Source: Chrysomallon squamiferum
Lineage: Eukaryota > Animalia > Mollusca
Assembly (NCBI GenBank): GCA_012295275.1
Contig: CM022679.1
Coordinates: 15,872,001-15,936,000 of the forward strand
Reading direction: 5' to 3'
Length of the DNA stretch: 64,000 bases
Within the stretch, counting starts at the first letter, position 1. The number at the start of each line of letters is the position of its first letter. Made by a program: the position numbers and the translations under genes. Below are positions 1 to 17,100 of this stretch, one piece after another. The notes under the pieces are model-generated. The model had not been told where the DNA came from. It did not search any database and saw only the letters and a program-made list of their open reading frames with translations.

Positions 1-361
1 GCAATTAACCTTTGAGAAATGATGTTTATAGTTTATAGCAGGTGTTGTCATTTTTTTTTTTATCTGTCACTGATGCAGTGGATGGAAAGAAAAATTGATT
101 CTGTCAAATAAACGAAGTGCCATATACATTACGAAGTGTTAGAATGTATCTGATAAAACGAAATACAATTAGGGATTAAAAAACAGAGCTTACGCCTAAC
201 ATATCGAAGGACCAATCCTTCTTGGCGTACTTTATGGGCTCTATCTTGTCCCAAATTCAACTGTGTTTTTTAAAAACCCAAGCCTACCTTCCATTATTTC
301 GTGAAGTACATATGAAAGAACACTGCTGATAGCTGAAAAGAATAACACGTGTATAGGTCGC

Positions 362-398
<37 letters not shown>

Positions 399-3300
399 GT
401 ATTATCATTATAATTATGTGCTAAGCCTGAATGACACTAAACAACTTTTGATATTAAATCTGTTCAGATGTTACTAAACATTCGTTTCATTATTTGACAA
501 GGATCAGGATAAACACTGCATCTTGGCGGGATTACTATGCGAGTAATTTAATATAATACATATCTATATTTAGTATGCATTAACTAATGGATAATCGTAT
601 CATCTTACATTGGAAAGTTAAATGGGAAAAGCAGATGGTCGTAAGCAGAATGTGAAACTGTATGCCAGGACCTCTGAAAGAGGAAATTAATCATCTCGCT
701 TTAGAAACGCAAATCATTTTTTTTTTTTTTTTTTTTTTCTCCGAATTGAAAAATAAATTACTAACATTATATCTTCCCGAAATATATATGTAGCCTTTGT
801 CCTTTAAGATAATACTTTATCTTCTACGCTTTCATCTGTTTTTATATTTGTATATATCTTTCTGTTTTTGTTCCTGTATCTGTCTGTCTGTTTGTCTGTA
901 TGTAAACGTGTAAATGAATGAGTGAATGTTCAACCATAATGAAAGTATGTTATTTGTTTTCAAAAAAAGTCAACAGTAAAATTAAATATAAACCATAAAC
1001 CATTACTCACCGGCATCTATGGGATCTGTAGGGTGTTGAAAATGCAATTTTGTGGCTAAACGATTGTTACATTATAATGAACTTAACCTCATACCACGTT
1101 AAAATATAATGTAAATACGTAGATGTTGGTTAATAAAGGAAAAAGAACAAAAATGAAAATCAAGTGAAATTTTAACGAAACACAGGTGAAACAAAGGTTA
1201 AAGTTACAGGTGATTCTGCTGATTTACGTACGAAACTTCATCACTTCCGTTTGTTAAGTGAAGAGCGGATGCAGCCGCTAGCGCCACCAAACAGTAGTGG
1301 CTGGAACGGGAAATGACGCTGGAAAATTGAAATTGCACAAGTGGAAATTAGTACCAGATTCCTGATTTAACCGGATAACTGAATGCCGGATAAAGGATGA
1401 TCAGTCTGAAGAACTGTTTGAAATAACATGTAACAATCTAAACACACTGGTCAGAACTACACAGATAAATGTGTTATAGAAATTGTGGCTAAAATTTAGA
1501 TGTAAAAAGAAGTAAATAAAACAATTTAAAAATGGACTTAATAAAAAAAAAGGTCATTACATTTATAACACTTTCTCTCACACAAGAACAAAAAATAATT
1601 AAAAAAAAAATGAATTCCATCAGTCTGAGATACAGTGTTAAATTACAACATCCATCTTTGACGATATCGTTAAGCTTCATCTTCAGTAGGACTACCTTTC
1701 TCCCTAGACGAATTTAACACAACGAAGATTTTTGATATCAGTCTGATTGCAGTTATCATAACAATAAGAAAAATAACAACTTGTTAAAACAAATATTAAA
1801 AATCAGAGAGTTATATACCCAGCTGGGAAAATTCAAGACAGAGACTTGTGAGTTAGATCTAATTTTTCCATATTTCAGATGCCATCATGACTAATACCGA
1901 CAGAGATTGATATCTTTATGTGCAAGCAAGATTTAAAAAGACAAATTTTCTTTCAGCTCCTAATTACTAGGTGCGACCGCTCGGGGTTACGTGTAATTCG
2001 GAGAGGGAAAAATCAGGCTCTAAATAATCTGAATTTGGAAGAATTCTTATTTTGAAATTCATTTATTACCATTAAGTGCCAATGTCACGTACTTCAGTTT
2101 TATGAAATTTCTGTCTGTAGGCAAAATAAAAATGTAATATGTATGTCTGGGTGCATGGATGGATGCATGAAGGGTGATGGATAATGGATTCATGTATGTA
2201 GATAGGTGGGTAGGTAGGTATGCATATATGCGTGTATGCGTGCATGTGCATATGTGTGTTTGTATGGATGGATGGATATATGGATGTGTGTGTATATATG
2301 TATATTCGTTTATTTGTGTGATATGTTGGTTTATAATGTAATAGATATATGGATGGAAGTATTATAATAAATGCATTTGTTTCTGGGCTAATAGTTTTTC
2401 TGTACAGTGTGTTTGCTATGGACAGTTTGAAATCTAGGTTACGCCACCAAGTCAACTGAAGAGAACCGTGTTGCGACTATCCATCACAATCAGTTTGTAA
2501 TGTAATTTTGTCAAAAAAGATTGATTAGAAATGTCTAATAAAACTTTTATTAATACTGAAATATTGATCATTAGATTGTCCTCTTGCATGCTGAATAAAC
2601 ATTTGTGATCTGATGATATTTAACTGATACTATTTGAAAACAGACTGCGGAATTAAACAGTTTTAATGAATACATCTCAGCTGTTCTATATCTCAGATGG
2701 AGGTCAATAAACAATGATATACCAACGAACTGTAACGTCAGTGTAACTAGAACAGCTAGTTATGTTAAAAACTGGCAGATCAGAAGGTTTTTGTGGTGAT
2801 AAGCATATTAAGTACTAATTAGGACTGTAAACTGTTGTGTAAGTTGTAAGTACTAAGACGACACGAAACAGGCCCTGTGTTCACAAGATTAAGTAATTAC
2901 TTGAACACGTACATTTTATTCCTGATAACGAAAACGATACACGTGTTAACGATGACTCAGTTCCTATAAATAATTCTCAACTGTATTATTGTAAAATAAT
3001 ATTATCAAAGACTGTCTACATATTTCCAATATCAATAAACGAATATAATGCATTTAGTAATATTGAATACAAATATTCATTCATGTCTGATAAATGCAAC
3101 TAGAATCAAATCTTTAAAAAAAAATATTAGACAAAAATATATTTTGCTTTAATAAAGTGGCGAATTCGAATCTTGCGCTATCCTCTCTGATGAAATGAAA
3201 TTCTTGCAGCTATAGACTGAAATGTATTGAGATTATATTGCAGAAAATTAAATTTCTTGTTTCTATCGTTCAGATGAAACTAATTTTAGATATTGCATTT

Positions 3301-3468
3301 TTGTTACATTACTTCCTAGTCCTGTTGGCTTTTCTACCTAGACACCGAGATTCAGAATGATAAATGAGTTTTTAGAAGATGTAACTTTCTGACAAAGTTT
3401 TCTCCATTTTGTCAATGTTGACTAAAAAAAAAAAAAAAAAAAAAGAATTAAAGTCGCTTTAGGTATGT

Positions 3469-3582
<114 letters not shown>

Positions 3583-3966
3583 TATTTCTCTGTGTATGTA
3601 TGTTTTAACGTGTCTTTCTATATGAAAGCCGGGAGATTTATTTAATATTTTAAGCTTAGTTGTGAATGTGTCTGGTGTTTTGTGGTGTTTTTTGTTTTTT
3701 ATTTTTTTATTTAATTTAATTGTTTTTTTATTTTTTTATTTAATTCAATTGTTTTTCATTTTACAGAAACATAATCACATTTAAAAAATAAACGTTTAAT
3801 TTAATAATACTAGGAAACAGCTAAAGTTAACTAACAATAAATAAATCTGTTTGTCAATATTTTCTTTGAGCCCCAAAGCTGTAAAAACACAGAAACAAAC
3901 CAAACCCAGCAACCAAAAATAAAATCAAAAACAAAACAACAACTAATAACAGCCACAGTGTGTGTG

Positions 3967-4037
<71 letters not shown>

Positions 4038-4905
4038 CAAAACATAAATTCAAGAATATTTAAATAAAAATAACAATATTGTCGTCTTTATTTTAAATTA
4101 CGTTTCTGAAACAGTATCCTGAACACGAATTAAACTCACTGGCTTATGTGTCAAACTAAATACAATTAATTAGATTTTGGCTTGAAGCTAGCAGTCGGTT
4201 ACAACTATAACATCACTAGTATAACATATTAATAATTATCTCTTATGAAAATAGAATACATTCTAGTAACATGTAGTAGGGTAGGATATATAAAAATATG
4301 AAATATTGCGATACAATAAAATACCGTACAGTACTATAAAATATTATACAGTTCCAGTGTGTTCGATATTTTACAGTTCGATGCGATCATCCGATGCAAT
4401 GCAAAGCAATGTGATTTCAGGCAGTGCAATACAATACCTTTCGTTATTTGATGTTATTATAAAATCCAGTGAAATAATATTTTAAAAAAAATAGTAAAAT
4501 AAAATAATATTATTATCTGATAACATTAAATAAAAAAAACCCTATCATTTCTTTTTTAATTTTAATAAAATAAAATGAAAATACGGTAACATAAGAAAGA
4601 AGAAAGAGAAAAATAAAGACGAGTTAAGCTGACAGAGGAAAAGATATAAAGTTCGCGTGAGATATAAATAAAGAAATAAAGAGAAGTTACAGATGGAGGG
4701 AAAGAACATAAAGAACTGATGAGAGAAAAAAAAAAACAGAACGAGAGATAATTATATAGGATGAAAGTGGAAGAGGAAGAGAAATTTCAAATAAAGAAAA
4801 GAAACAAATCATAAAGACTGACAGAAAACACTCGAGAGAAAAAGAGAGTCAGAGATAGATGGAGATGGAAGAGAAAGAGGGGGAGAGGGGATAGAGAGAA
4901 ACAAA

Positions 4906-5521
<616 letters not shown>

Positions 5522-7243
5522 ATTTCAGATTTGCGCAGAGTTAATAACATGCTACTTGGAATCTGCCATTCACAGACATGTTCAAGTATTTAACGTTCTC
5601 TTCACAACAACCTGTTAGCCGTAACTGATTGATCAAGCCGTCAAATCTAAACTCTGCAGAAGGAAATGAAACAACGACTGGAAAGTGACAGTGTTTTCAA
5701 ACAGACTGATTTTCAATTAATGTTGTTCGTGGATCAGAAAAACTGTAGAGAGATAGAAGAAGATGCGGATGCCATGTTTAAATGAATTCCTTTGTGTACA
5801 CATAAGCCTGCTCCTGGCATGTTGATCAGAACACATAACTATAAGTAACGTTTAGTGTATCTGAAGATGACAGATGCGTTGTTTATTTGCCCCTTTTGCT
5901 AATGGCTAATTAATGATGAGAAATTATTTTACGTTATAACGGACGCATAAACCTAAACAAGATTTTTTTTAAAAGAATGCAGTTTAGTAACAACGGAAAA
6001 ATAATAACATGTTTCATGTGGCTCTCATAGAATGTGTCCAACAAAAATTTATTTATTTATTTATTTATTTTATGTAAATAGTGACATGAAACATAAATAA
6101 CCCACAGCCTCCGAACGATGACCAATGTTATCGACTAGTTTTATTTCATCTCAACTTTCTGCATTTTAGTGTGAATTAATGTTTTAACGTACTTCCGTGA
6201 GAGAAGTCGTAAAGTACATCTGACTTCCCCCTGACTTCCCTAAAGGACTCTGCCTGAGACAGGAATGTTAACTAGTCTAGAAATTAGCCCTCACTTGTAG
6301 CGTGTCAGTATAGATTTTTGTTTCTCAATAAGATGCCACACTCTAATGACTCTAGTTTGGTCCTGCTGATGTGAGCTTTGAATGGTCGAGGGTTCTTATA
6401 CACTCTCTGTAATCCCAGAAGCTTATTTTTGAACATTTAATATTAAGCTGTAGTTTCTAAAGGCAAATAAAATATGCCGTTTGTAGTGTCAACAGTAAAT
6501 GCAACGAAACGAAAAAGAAAAAGAAAAAAAAATGTTCGCGTGAAAATGTAGAATTATGTTATACTTGTAAACTGAACTGCATCAGAAAGGCTGATCTGTC
6601 GTTTGCCAGCTCTAGCTTTTTGGTGGAAAAGGGTTATATAATTTTTGTTAAAAATTTATGAACGGTCTGAGTAATTTTGAAAAAGGAAAAAAGAACATGA
6701 AAATAAAACTGATTGTTATTGTTAAATTAAAATTTAAAAATTTGGTTGTCTACTCGTTCGTGAAAAAGAAATGGATACATGCATTTACATATCTGTCAAT
6801 TTTTCTGTGTCTCTGTCTAACATTCTTTCCACCTCTCTGTTTGTCACGAGATCGTTTTAACTCTTTCAGACTCGGAATAATAATCAGGCAGATATTAATC
6901 TTTAAGGAAATAAATACATGTGTATATTCAAGTAATGAGCAATCTTAATCAGTTATTTGTAATCCAGCTAGATACTGTTTCATTATTTTCTTGTTTTAAT
7001 TAATATAGTGTTACTTTCCCTTTCCCTTTAACTCGCTATGGTCGTGACCTATTTCCAAATGCTCCAGTTAGTACAGATGAACTTTACTTATGGACGAGTG
7101 AACAGATTTTTAAATTGGACACTTTTAGAATATAAGCTTGATTAAATCCGGATGATTTCAGTGTACCGAGAGATAAAGAAATTTTTCACTTTCGTGAAAC
7201 ATAAACTTTTTTGTTTAGGCAGAACTGTGTGTTCTTTCTTGTG

Positions 7244-7347
<104 letters not shown>

Positions 7348-7774
7348 ACATGTGTGTGTGTGTGTGTGTGTGTTTGAAAAACAGTGAGTCTGTTCTTGTT
7401 AATGTAAAGACCTGATATCGCCCATGGGAACTAAGACACGTGTACAATTATTAAATCATAACTAATGTGCACAGAACGGCTTCTCTCATTCCTAGCTGTT
7501 CTACAGTAATGTGTTTTTGCACATATTATGGACAGTTATTTATGTATCATGAAAACAATAAAAATAAAGATCACAAACCCACACACACACACACACACAC
7601 AAGCACAGATCCAAACACCCATTCTCTCTCACTCTCTTTCTATCTCTGTCTCTGTCTCTCTCTCATACAGACATGATATATACATGTAGAAATATAAGTA
7701 AGATCACGAAAAGCAAAAATAACTGAAATCAGTAATAACAATAGCAGCTACTGCAGCGTCAAACCATCAACACG

Positions 7775-7830
<56 letters not shown>

Positions 7831-9026
7831 TAATAATTTACTGATACCATATTTTTGCCGTAAAAATTTATTTATTCTATGTTCATATGCAATGTATTGG
7901 CTATATTAATTAATTAATAATTATTAATTAGTTAATTTATTTACTTATTTATCTTTATATTTTTATATATATAGTCGTGACAATGGCGTTGGCTGATTAC
8001 AGATACGATCGCATTTAACCACAAATACACGCACACACGCTTCCAGACGAATACAAACTCATTCTAGATGTTGCAGCCCTAATTCGATGATGGTCAACTT
8101 TTCATATTCAAAGTTACGTCCACCAATAGGCTGCCGTCCATTTTCAGAAATCTTGATTCCGCTTCTTGTCACACAAATTAAGTTGAAAGAGTGACTAACA
8201 ATCTGTGAGTTCCGAGTCCTTCATCCAGAGTTTAGATGTTCACATCCTATTTCCCACTGTCTCGTTTACGAATGTATTTATGTCGCTATACTTATACAAC
8301 TAAATGTAACTGATCTCCAAAAACAGGAAACATGTTTCCTTCCTAGTAGTAGAAACATGGTTTCGGAAACGATTCTCCGGCGTCCGGAACAGTTGCGTAA
8401 AATATCGGCACTTCATATGTCTTTAAGTGTGTCAAGAAGATTACGATTTTTAAACCAATCAGACTGGGGTACGATCTTTATACACATCCTTATACATCTC
8501 TCTTCCCTAGTGTCCATCAGTCCATCAGTCTTCCTTTCATCAGTCGATCCATCAGTTTGTCCTAATGTCCTTTCGTTCGAACTGTTTTATTCCATTCTGA
8601 ATTGTACGAAACTGTTAAGCTTTCCGTCTTTGTTAAAATTATCAAACTAGCATCTTACTTTTATTATTAATGCTGCAACTACTATTACTACTACTACTAC
8701 TACTACTACTTCTGTTATTACAACTACTACTAATTTTATTGTTATAATTATTGTTACTGCTGCTGCTGCTACTACTGTAATATCATTTTAAGGTATTATA
8801 TTAGTTTATGATAAAGTCAGCCTCTATCAGCAATGTTAATTATATAATAAAAAATTAGGTTAAATTAATTGCAATAAATTATTTTGGTAAATGATATCAT
8901 TGCTACTGATTCTTGACAAATGAAATATTTAGTAACCGGAAAAAAACAACATACTTATGTCATGTACATTATGTGTATATTTATATATTTAGAATATGTT
9001 TGTGTGAATGTGTATATGCATGTATG

Positions 9027-9057
<31 letters not shown>

Positions 9058-9867
9058 ACGTGTGTGTGTGTGTGTCTCTGTGTGTATATATCCACGAAGA
9101 ACATGTATTTTTTGAAGGTTTAAAAACAGCAAACTGCACATATAACATTTACATATAGCTACCTTAATTATATTTTGATCCGCTTTATACAAACCAAAAA
9201 GCAGTATATTCAATAATACCCTATTTTTTCTAAATAAATCACAAGCACGTTTTATTGTATGAAATAATGAGTTTTCTAATGACTTTTCAATAACAGATTA
9301 AGAAAAACTGAATGTAACATGAGAAATAATTAGTAAAGTAACACGTATGTTGATAGGAATTATGATTACATACATTCTTTTCACACTCCCCGTCAGACAG
9401 CATTTAGGAAAACAGTCAGATTAATCACAAAGGTACACGTTTACTTCAAACTGTCATACACAATTGCTGTGTTATAAATAATCAGTCTTTTTTGCAGTGT
9501 GAAAAATACAAAGCTAACAGACAGTTTAGAGAATCGTAGAGATTTTTCCTTATTTTTTTAAGAATATTGTTTTATTATCGTTGACGCTGCTGGTTTTGTT
9601 GGTGTTAACTGTTGTTGTTTTTTTTGTGTTTTTTTCAAAGCAACGGTGCAAATGTAAAGAAAAGAAAATATTGTGAGTTTTGACTATAATATTATATGAC
9701 TGAATGATTATAGGAAATACATTTTGATGTTTATATATATATATATATATATATTAATGATATTATTAGGCCTAATGAAGAGGCTTTTTTAACTGCTAAT
9801 TTTAATCAAATCTCATTAGTATCAGAAAAACTGATACAAAAAGCTGATAATTACAATTAAAAAAGTG

Positions 9868-9913
<46 letters not shown>

Positions 9914-10556
9914 TTTGTTATTTTAAAACGTATGTCTAAGTTCAATAGCAATAATTTATACATAAGATTAAAAATATATTTCACTTGCTCTCCCGTTAGT
10001 CGCGCATAGATCGTTATGTTCAGCTATCAGCTATAAGTAATGCCCCTGTATGAATTCTTAGCAGATTTGTCTCAAGCGTTTTATTTTCGTCGATAAAGCA
10101 TCATTTTTCAATGCAAATGAATATTTATGATGTACAATTAATCATTCTGATTTGCACGTATTTTGTTTCTTGTCATGTAAAACGTTTGACGATATTTAGA
10201 GTTAGTACGGTATTGGCTATAGTGATGCGTTCATTCGTGTCGGGAAGTAAGTTAATATGTATCGTTGTACGAAGACAAGTTTTTAATGTTGTTTATATCT
10301 CGATGTCTTTGTTCGAGCGCTGGTCATGTCTATATTTCACACGAGAGCTGACAAACAAAACAAACTTTTGAAAATAATATACATCTGAGAGTAGTACGGA
10401 CGTATGAGAAGAAAGAAATATTCTTTGGAGAAAGGTCAGTATTTGAAAATGTTTACTGTTTATTCACATGTATTATTAAAATTAAGGTCTAAGGGCTGTG
10501 AAAACGTGGAGACTGCTGTTACTGTGATAACGTTCAAGATGATATCAGTTTTATAC

Positions 10557-11109
<553 letters not shown>

Positions 11110-14100
11110 TTTCAAATCAGTTCTCTTTATAATACTACAGTTATCACATTATGTGAATTACGTAACAGCAGACTGTGGAAGTGGTTTGAATAGACGAGCA
11201 GAAAACGAAACGAGATTTAATCTTCTGTTTATCTTGCCTCTCTGAGTGCTTGTGTGAGCGCCAGAGAGATAATTAATTTATTAACCACATGGAAAGAGGA
11301 AAAACTTTACGCAATCATTTCTTTGTCTTCTTTACTATTATTATTATGTTTCTTAACAAGCAGCTCGTTAAGACCGAATAGATTTTTTTTTTCTACGAGA
11401 AAAAAAGCAGCTGTTGTTTTTTTACTACATCGGAAAATAAAGAAAAGATATTTAAGTTTAACGGTTCGTTATGAAGTTCCTTCATCAAGCGACTGTAAGA
11501 GGGGAATTAAAGGAATAGTCATGCCAGTTATCAGCTTATACTTTAAAAATTATGTAAGCAATGAATATGAACAATAACTAATAATTATATGACCGCATAA
11601 AATAAATTAAAGTGTAACAACGACACATTTAACAAAATGACATAAAGAACCGTAAAAGATTATTTTTAATTCCTGGAAGCCCCATTAGGAGCAGTCTATA
11701 AAGCTCATGCATAATGAACTTTTGATTGTAAGTATGTATTTTATAAAAAGATATATCTTTACAAATATCTTTTATTAAATATATCATGCATAAAAAATAA
11801 TATGTATCTATGAATTTAGGTGTGGTGATTTTTGTTTTGATACTAAATTTATGTACAAAACAAATTACTTATACCTCAGTAAATACTTCATGATTGCTAT
11901 TTCTGATATCATCCGTCTTGCATCATAGATCCCTGAGATAAATGTCTACACCAAATAACAAATAATTTACTTTTCTGTATGAATTATAATGATCTTTTCG
12001 GATCTGATGATTTATGATTTTTTTTTTTATTCTGCCAGGTATATTATGAGAATTTTAATGCTAATTTAAAAAAAAAAAAAAAAATTGAATTTGACTTTCA
12101 AAATCTATTATGAATAGTTTGTTTCTGTATAATGATTAATATATCGCTTTATGTATTTTTCAGTTTTCTTTTCCTTTATTTTTTTAAAATATTAATTAAG
12201 ATACATACATACATACATACATACATACATACATACATACATACATACATACACATACATACATACACACCCACACATACAAGCACACATATATACATAC
12301 ACACATACAGATACACATATATGTGCACTGATATTATAAGCTGTCGTTATGTACATTTTCTTTTCCTCTCTCTTTTTCCTTATCCTTTAATTTAGAATAA
12401 TAAAACAATAACAACAAGTGCACAGTAGATTACTATAGACTATACAAAATATATTGTATTTGTGTTATTTTGTTAGATTATTTTTTCTCGTTTCAGTATA
12501 CAATGCATATATATTATATGCACATAATGGAGAGAAATCGAATGTCCATTTCCTGTTATTCAAAGATTAACGTAGCCATCTGTTACCTTCATTTGTCTGC
12601 TTCGGCAGTTCAGTGTATTTCTGTATATTAAGCAGTTTTAAAAATCAGGTTTTATAACTATGTTAGGTCGTTTTCTTCGAGAACTGTGAGTGTAATATTA
12701 ATAAATTACTAGACTTTTTTTTTGTATCTTTTAATCACTACATTTATGTATGTATGCACGTATGTATATAAGTGTATGTGTATGTGTGTATGTGTGTATG
12801 TATGTATATATGTTTGTCTGTGTGTGTGTATGTATGTATGTATGTTTGTATGTATGTATGTAGGTAGGTAGGTAGGTAAATATGTGTACGTATATATATT
12901 TATATGCACTTATGTGTGTGCATTTATGTATGTGTGTATGTGTTTGTGTATTTATGGATGTGTATGTATATCGGTTTATGTGCGCTTGTGTATCTGTGTG
13001 TGTGCATGCGTGTGCGTGTGTGTGCGTGTGTGTGTGTCTCTGTGTGTGAATCAGTAAAGCTATAAAGCTATAAATGTTATGTCATTTTAAGCCAAATAAT
13101 TTTAAGTTTTCACTGTAAATTATAAAATGAAAAATTATTTTGTAAATATTGATTTATCTATAATTTTAGCACTTTTTTTAATAAAGGCGTCAGTGTACAT
13201 TTACTTCGTCATGTTTTTCAGCCGTTAAATAATGGACGTTTTTCTGTCAATAATTCATTAGTTAGCAAACCCCGATTTTGTATCTTTCTGATATAACATC
13301 TTTATCATATTGGCATATATATGGTTATAATGTTCTGTATTTACAAATTAATACAATTTACAGACACATTAATGTAAGATATATAAATTACCAGAACTTG
13401 AAGTTTTTATACCCTTTTATCATGACTATTTCAAAATGTGTTGCACATCATTAAGTATTTGATGAAACAATTACAACTGATCTCACTTTGATTAAACACC
13501 TTTTTATCACGACATCATTAACATATTTGCGTCTAACAACGACGTTATTCAGCCAGTACTAAATTAGCATAATAATTAAACAATTATTAATATCGCGCCG
13601 AATTTATTGCTTCACTGGTGAAACACAGCAGCAACAACAACAGTAGCAGTAGTAGAAATCTAGTAGAAGTGGTTGTAGTAATAGTAGTTGTAGTAGCAGT
13701 AGTAGTAATATTAGTAATGGTAGTAGCAGTAGGAGTAGTAGTAGTATCAGTAGCAGCAGTAGTAGTAGCAGCAGTAGCAGCAGTAGTAGCAGTCGTACTA
13801 GTAATAGTGCTAGTAGTAGTATGAGTAGTGGTAACAACAATTTCCGTTTTGGTGAACCAAGCCTTAATATAATACAAAAATAACATAAACAAAAAAGTAA
13901 ATATAGAAAATTGTATTAAATTTATTTTAAAGTCGGTTTCTGGTAATTCATATTTCTGAAAACTGGATGTATATATATATATATTTAGTTTTATTTCTAA
14001 CTGTAATAGATGTTTCAAAAATAACTATTACTACTACTCTATCTACTATTACAATTGCTATTATAACGACTAATATTACTACTTCTAATAATAATAATAA

Positions 14101-17100
14101 TAACAGAGGTACGTTTTTATAACAGTTTTATTTTTATTTTTTTTATCAGATATTCAGCTTGCTTTATGATTAACATATATTTATTAAACTATACTGACTG
14201 TTATGAACAAAAACGTTAATTAATATTTCTCCATACAGCAATGTAGGTATTACAATTCCCCTATCTAATATCCTTCAAATTGTGGTTTTCGTGAAATATT
14301 TGTTGTTGACGGAGCTGAAATTTCATCCCTGCGGTAGAAACATGCTCTCGAATTCTCCTGGGATACCTTTACAATCAATAACAGCGTCTTCACTAATGTA
14401 TAAATGAAATTAACGAAACTCGACATTGAGAATTAATACAAGATTAGCCACATGAAACGACGGGTTTTGCGTGTTGAGAAGTTACGGATAACAGCTTAGT
14501 GCACGATGTGTGTTCATTTGAAAACTGTCTCATTAAAGCGAATAAAGACTTGGAGTAGACGCGCCGTGTTGCGTCTACTTGGGAGATCATGGAAGCGTCC
14601 TGAGCGTATTCGATACTTCAGCATACACAGGATATTCCGCATTTGTCAGTCCCGTGTATTGCATTTCTCCTACAGTTTGATTTGACTGATTTTATTTATT
14701 TATTTATTTAACTTAATTTTATTTTCTTTTATTTTTTTATATAATGAAACACATTTTTGTTTTTATTGTTATATCAGTCGTAATATTAATGCATTTGCCT
14801 TCAGTCCCATTGTGAGTTATGACTGGCTGTATTTCTTTTGTTCTTTCTTATTTTCTACCAAAAATCAGAAATGTGCAATAAAAATTGGCGGACCCAAATT
14901 ATTTGCCTTGGATTTGAATTAAACACACTGCAATTTTAATTCTTCTTCTTTGTCTTTTTAATTATTATGGAAAAGCGACATTTCGCGTCTTAAAAGACCC
15001 GATTTAGAAGACGTTTATGCTAAGTCATTACGTGATTACAGTTATGAAATAATTTTGGTATTTACAATCTTTATTTTCGTTACTAACATCTGAGATTAAT
15101 ACAGATATGTTACGAGATACGCTGAAATAAAAGCTCTCTTTTATTTTCATCCACAGCATCTCATATTTAATGTATACCGTTTCATGGATCACTTAATATA
15201 CTCCACGACATAGATTATTTTTTAATCTCTCCGGTATTTAAACAAAAAGAACTTTTAAATAATTTGTGACATCGTGAAAGAGAACGTCTTTTTCTGATCG
15301 ATCAGTGGGGAGACGTGAATTCACTGTATTTTGTTTTTATTATTATTATTTTTTCAATGTTTTGTTTCTACGTTTCTGTGCTGTCTGTTAATAATATATT
15401 GTTAAGTTTGTGGTGAACATTTTTCGATCGTGTTGAAACCAGTGACGGGTTGATGGTTTCTCTCATACACGCCTCTCTGCTGAGGGCAGGAAACTTTTGT
15501 CGCCTGTGTGGGCGAAACTTATAGGTAGATTTGAACATTAATTAAATCGCAGCGAGCAGCTAACCTCTCCCACAACGATGTGAGAACGGCGATATCCAGT
15601 TATGTCATCAATATGTCAGTATCTCTATGTTGATGTCTAAAAGGTATCAGGGGACAGACTAGATTTAACAGTTTGTCACCATTGTCTTCTATTGATTTCT
15701 GCTCATATCTGATTAGTCTTCTTCCAGGAGGGACGAGCTGGGTGTCTATCATAAAGTTCTATCTGACGGTCTGCTTACATATGCTGGGCAAATGAAATTC
15801 TCGTGTTATATGCGAGTGTGCGTTCGTTAACAGATATAATGTATTTCTGTGAATTGCACTGTGGAAGATATTAATATTTCTTTGACATCACATAGTCACA
15901 GCAAACGACGTATCAATCGTGAGTTTTAAAACATATTTAATCTGACTGTCTTTCTTTCTGTTTTTCTGTCTGTCTGTCTTAAAATTTGTTTTATTTGTCT
16001 GTTCTCTGTAATATATACTGATACTCTCACCTTTTTTTGTTCTTAATCTTTGTATATTTGTATACCGTCTGACTTTCTACGCATCCATCCTCCATTTATA
16101 CTTTTGACTCTGTCTGCCTATATTTATCCATTTTATATATTTGTATTATAATCATTCATTCATCCATCCAGTCAGCTATCGATATATGCATTCATCCATC
16201 TATCCATCCATCCATCCATCCATCCATTTATTGTTTTGCCGTGGAAATGAACTACTGTAGTGATGTATAATTATATTTGTAATGGATATTCGGTTTTGTA
16301 CAAACTATTCACAGAAAAAGTCAGTCTGACATTTAATACATACTGAAGTTGTGGCAGACCGTATTGACGTAATAACAATAATTCTTTCTGTATCAGAGAC
16401 ACCGATATTTATTATTCATTCACATGAAAGAATAAATTAATTATTTTTTAACGAAGAGTCAAAACATTTTATTATTTATTCTCCTTTATTTATATATTTT
16501 ACTATTATTATTATTTTTTTTATAATCATGATGTAAAAGAAGTGATATCATCCGTTATTGATCAGCTATTAATATTTTATGTTTTAAACAGTAAAGCATT
16601 TATCACGATCTTTGAAAGGCCAGTCCAATATCACTAACTTGAAAAACAAATAGTTTATGTATGTATGTATGTTTGTAAGTATGTATATAATTGTATGTGT
16701 TTGAATGTATGTGTATGTGTGTAATATTTATGCATTTATACGTGTCTATGTAAATGTATATGTATGCGTCTACGAATGTATGTATGTGTGTGTATGTGTG
16801 CGTGTGTGCATATGTGTCTGTGCCTGTATATATGTGTATGTGTGTGTGTGTGTGTGTGCGCACTGGAGGGGGTATTTTTGAAGTGCTTGATAGCAGAGAT
16901 TTTATTAAACATGTTGGTGCATGTTTTTGTTTCGTTCTAGGCCGTGAAAAAGTGTCTAAATTCAATTTTGTTTGTCAAATCAGCCATTTGTTTCCTTCTC
17001 GTTATGAATGTTGAATCTGCAGCCATATTCTCGCGATACTCGGAGTAGACGAAACATGTTCAGTGTAATCGAAACTAGTGAGGTGGGCGTAGCCAATATA

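Noticed and set aside
1290-1320. GC-rich patch near 1240-1320 (GCGCCACC, ACTTCCG) as a promoter or CTCF site
   Set aside because: The motif matches are partial and no linked exon could be identified.
1400-1440. CTGAAGA...GAAA and other CTGANGA hits (e.g. 52741 on the - strand) as hammerhead ribozyme cores
   Set aside because: Stems I-III and a UH cleavage triplet could not be built around them.
12596-12608. CTGCTTCGGCAG hairpin resembling the U6 snRNA 5' stem
   Set aside because: Only 12 nt match; no ACAGAGA box or remaining U6 sequence follows.
13587-14018. Thr-rich mucin-like ORF
   Set aside because: Derived from (GTA/GCA)n trinucleotide repeats; no exon boundaries.
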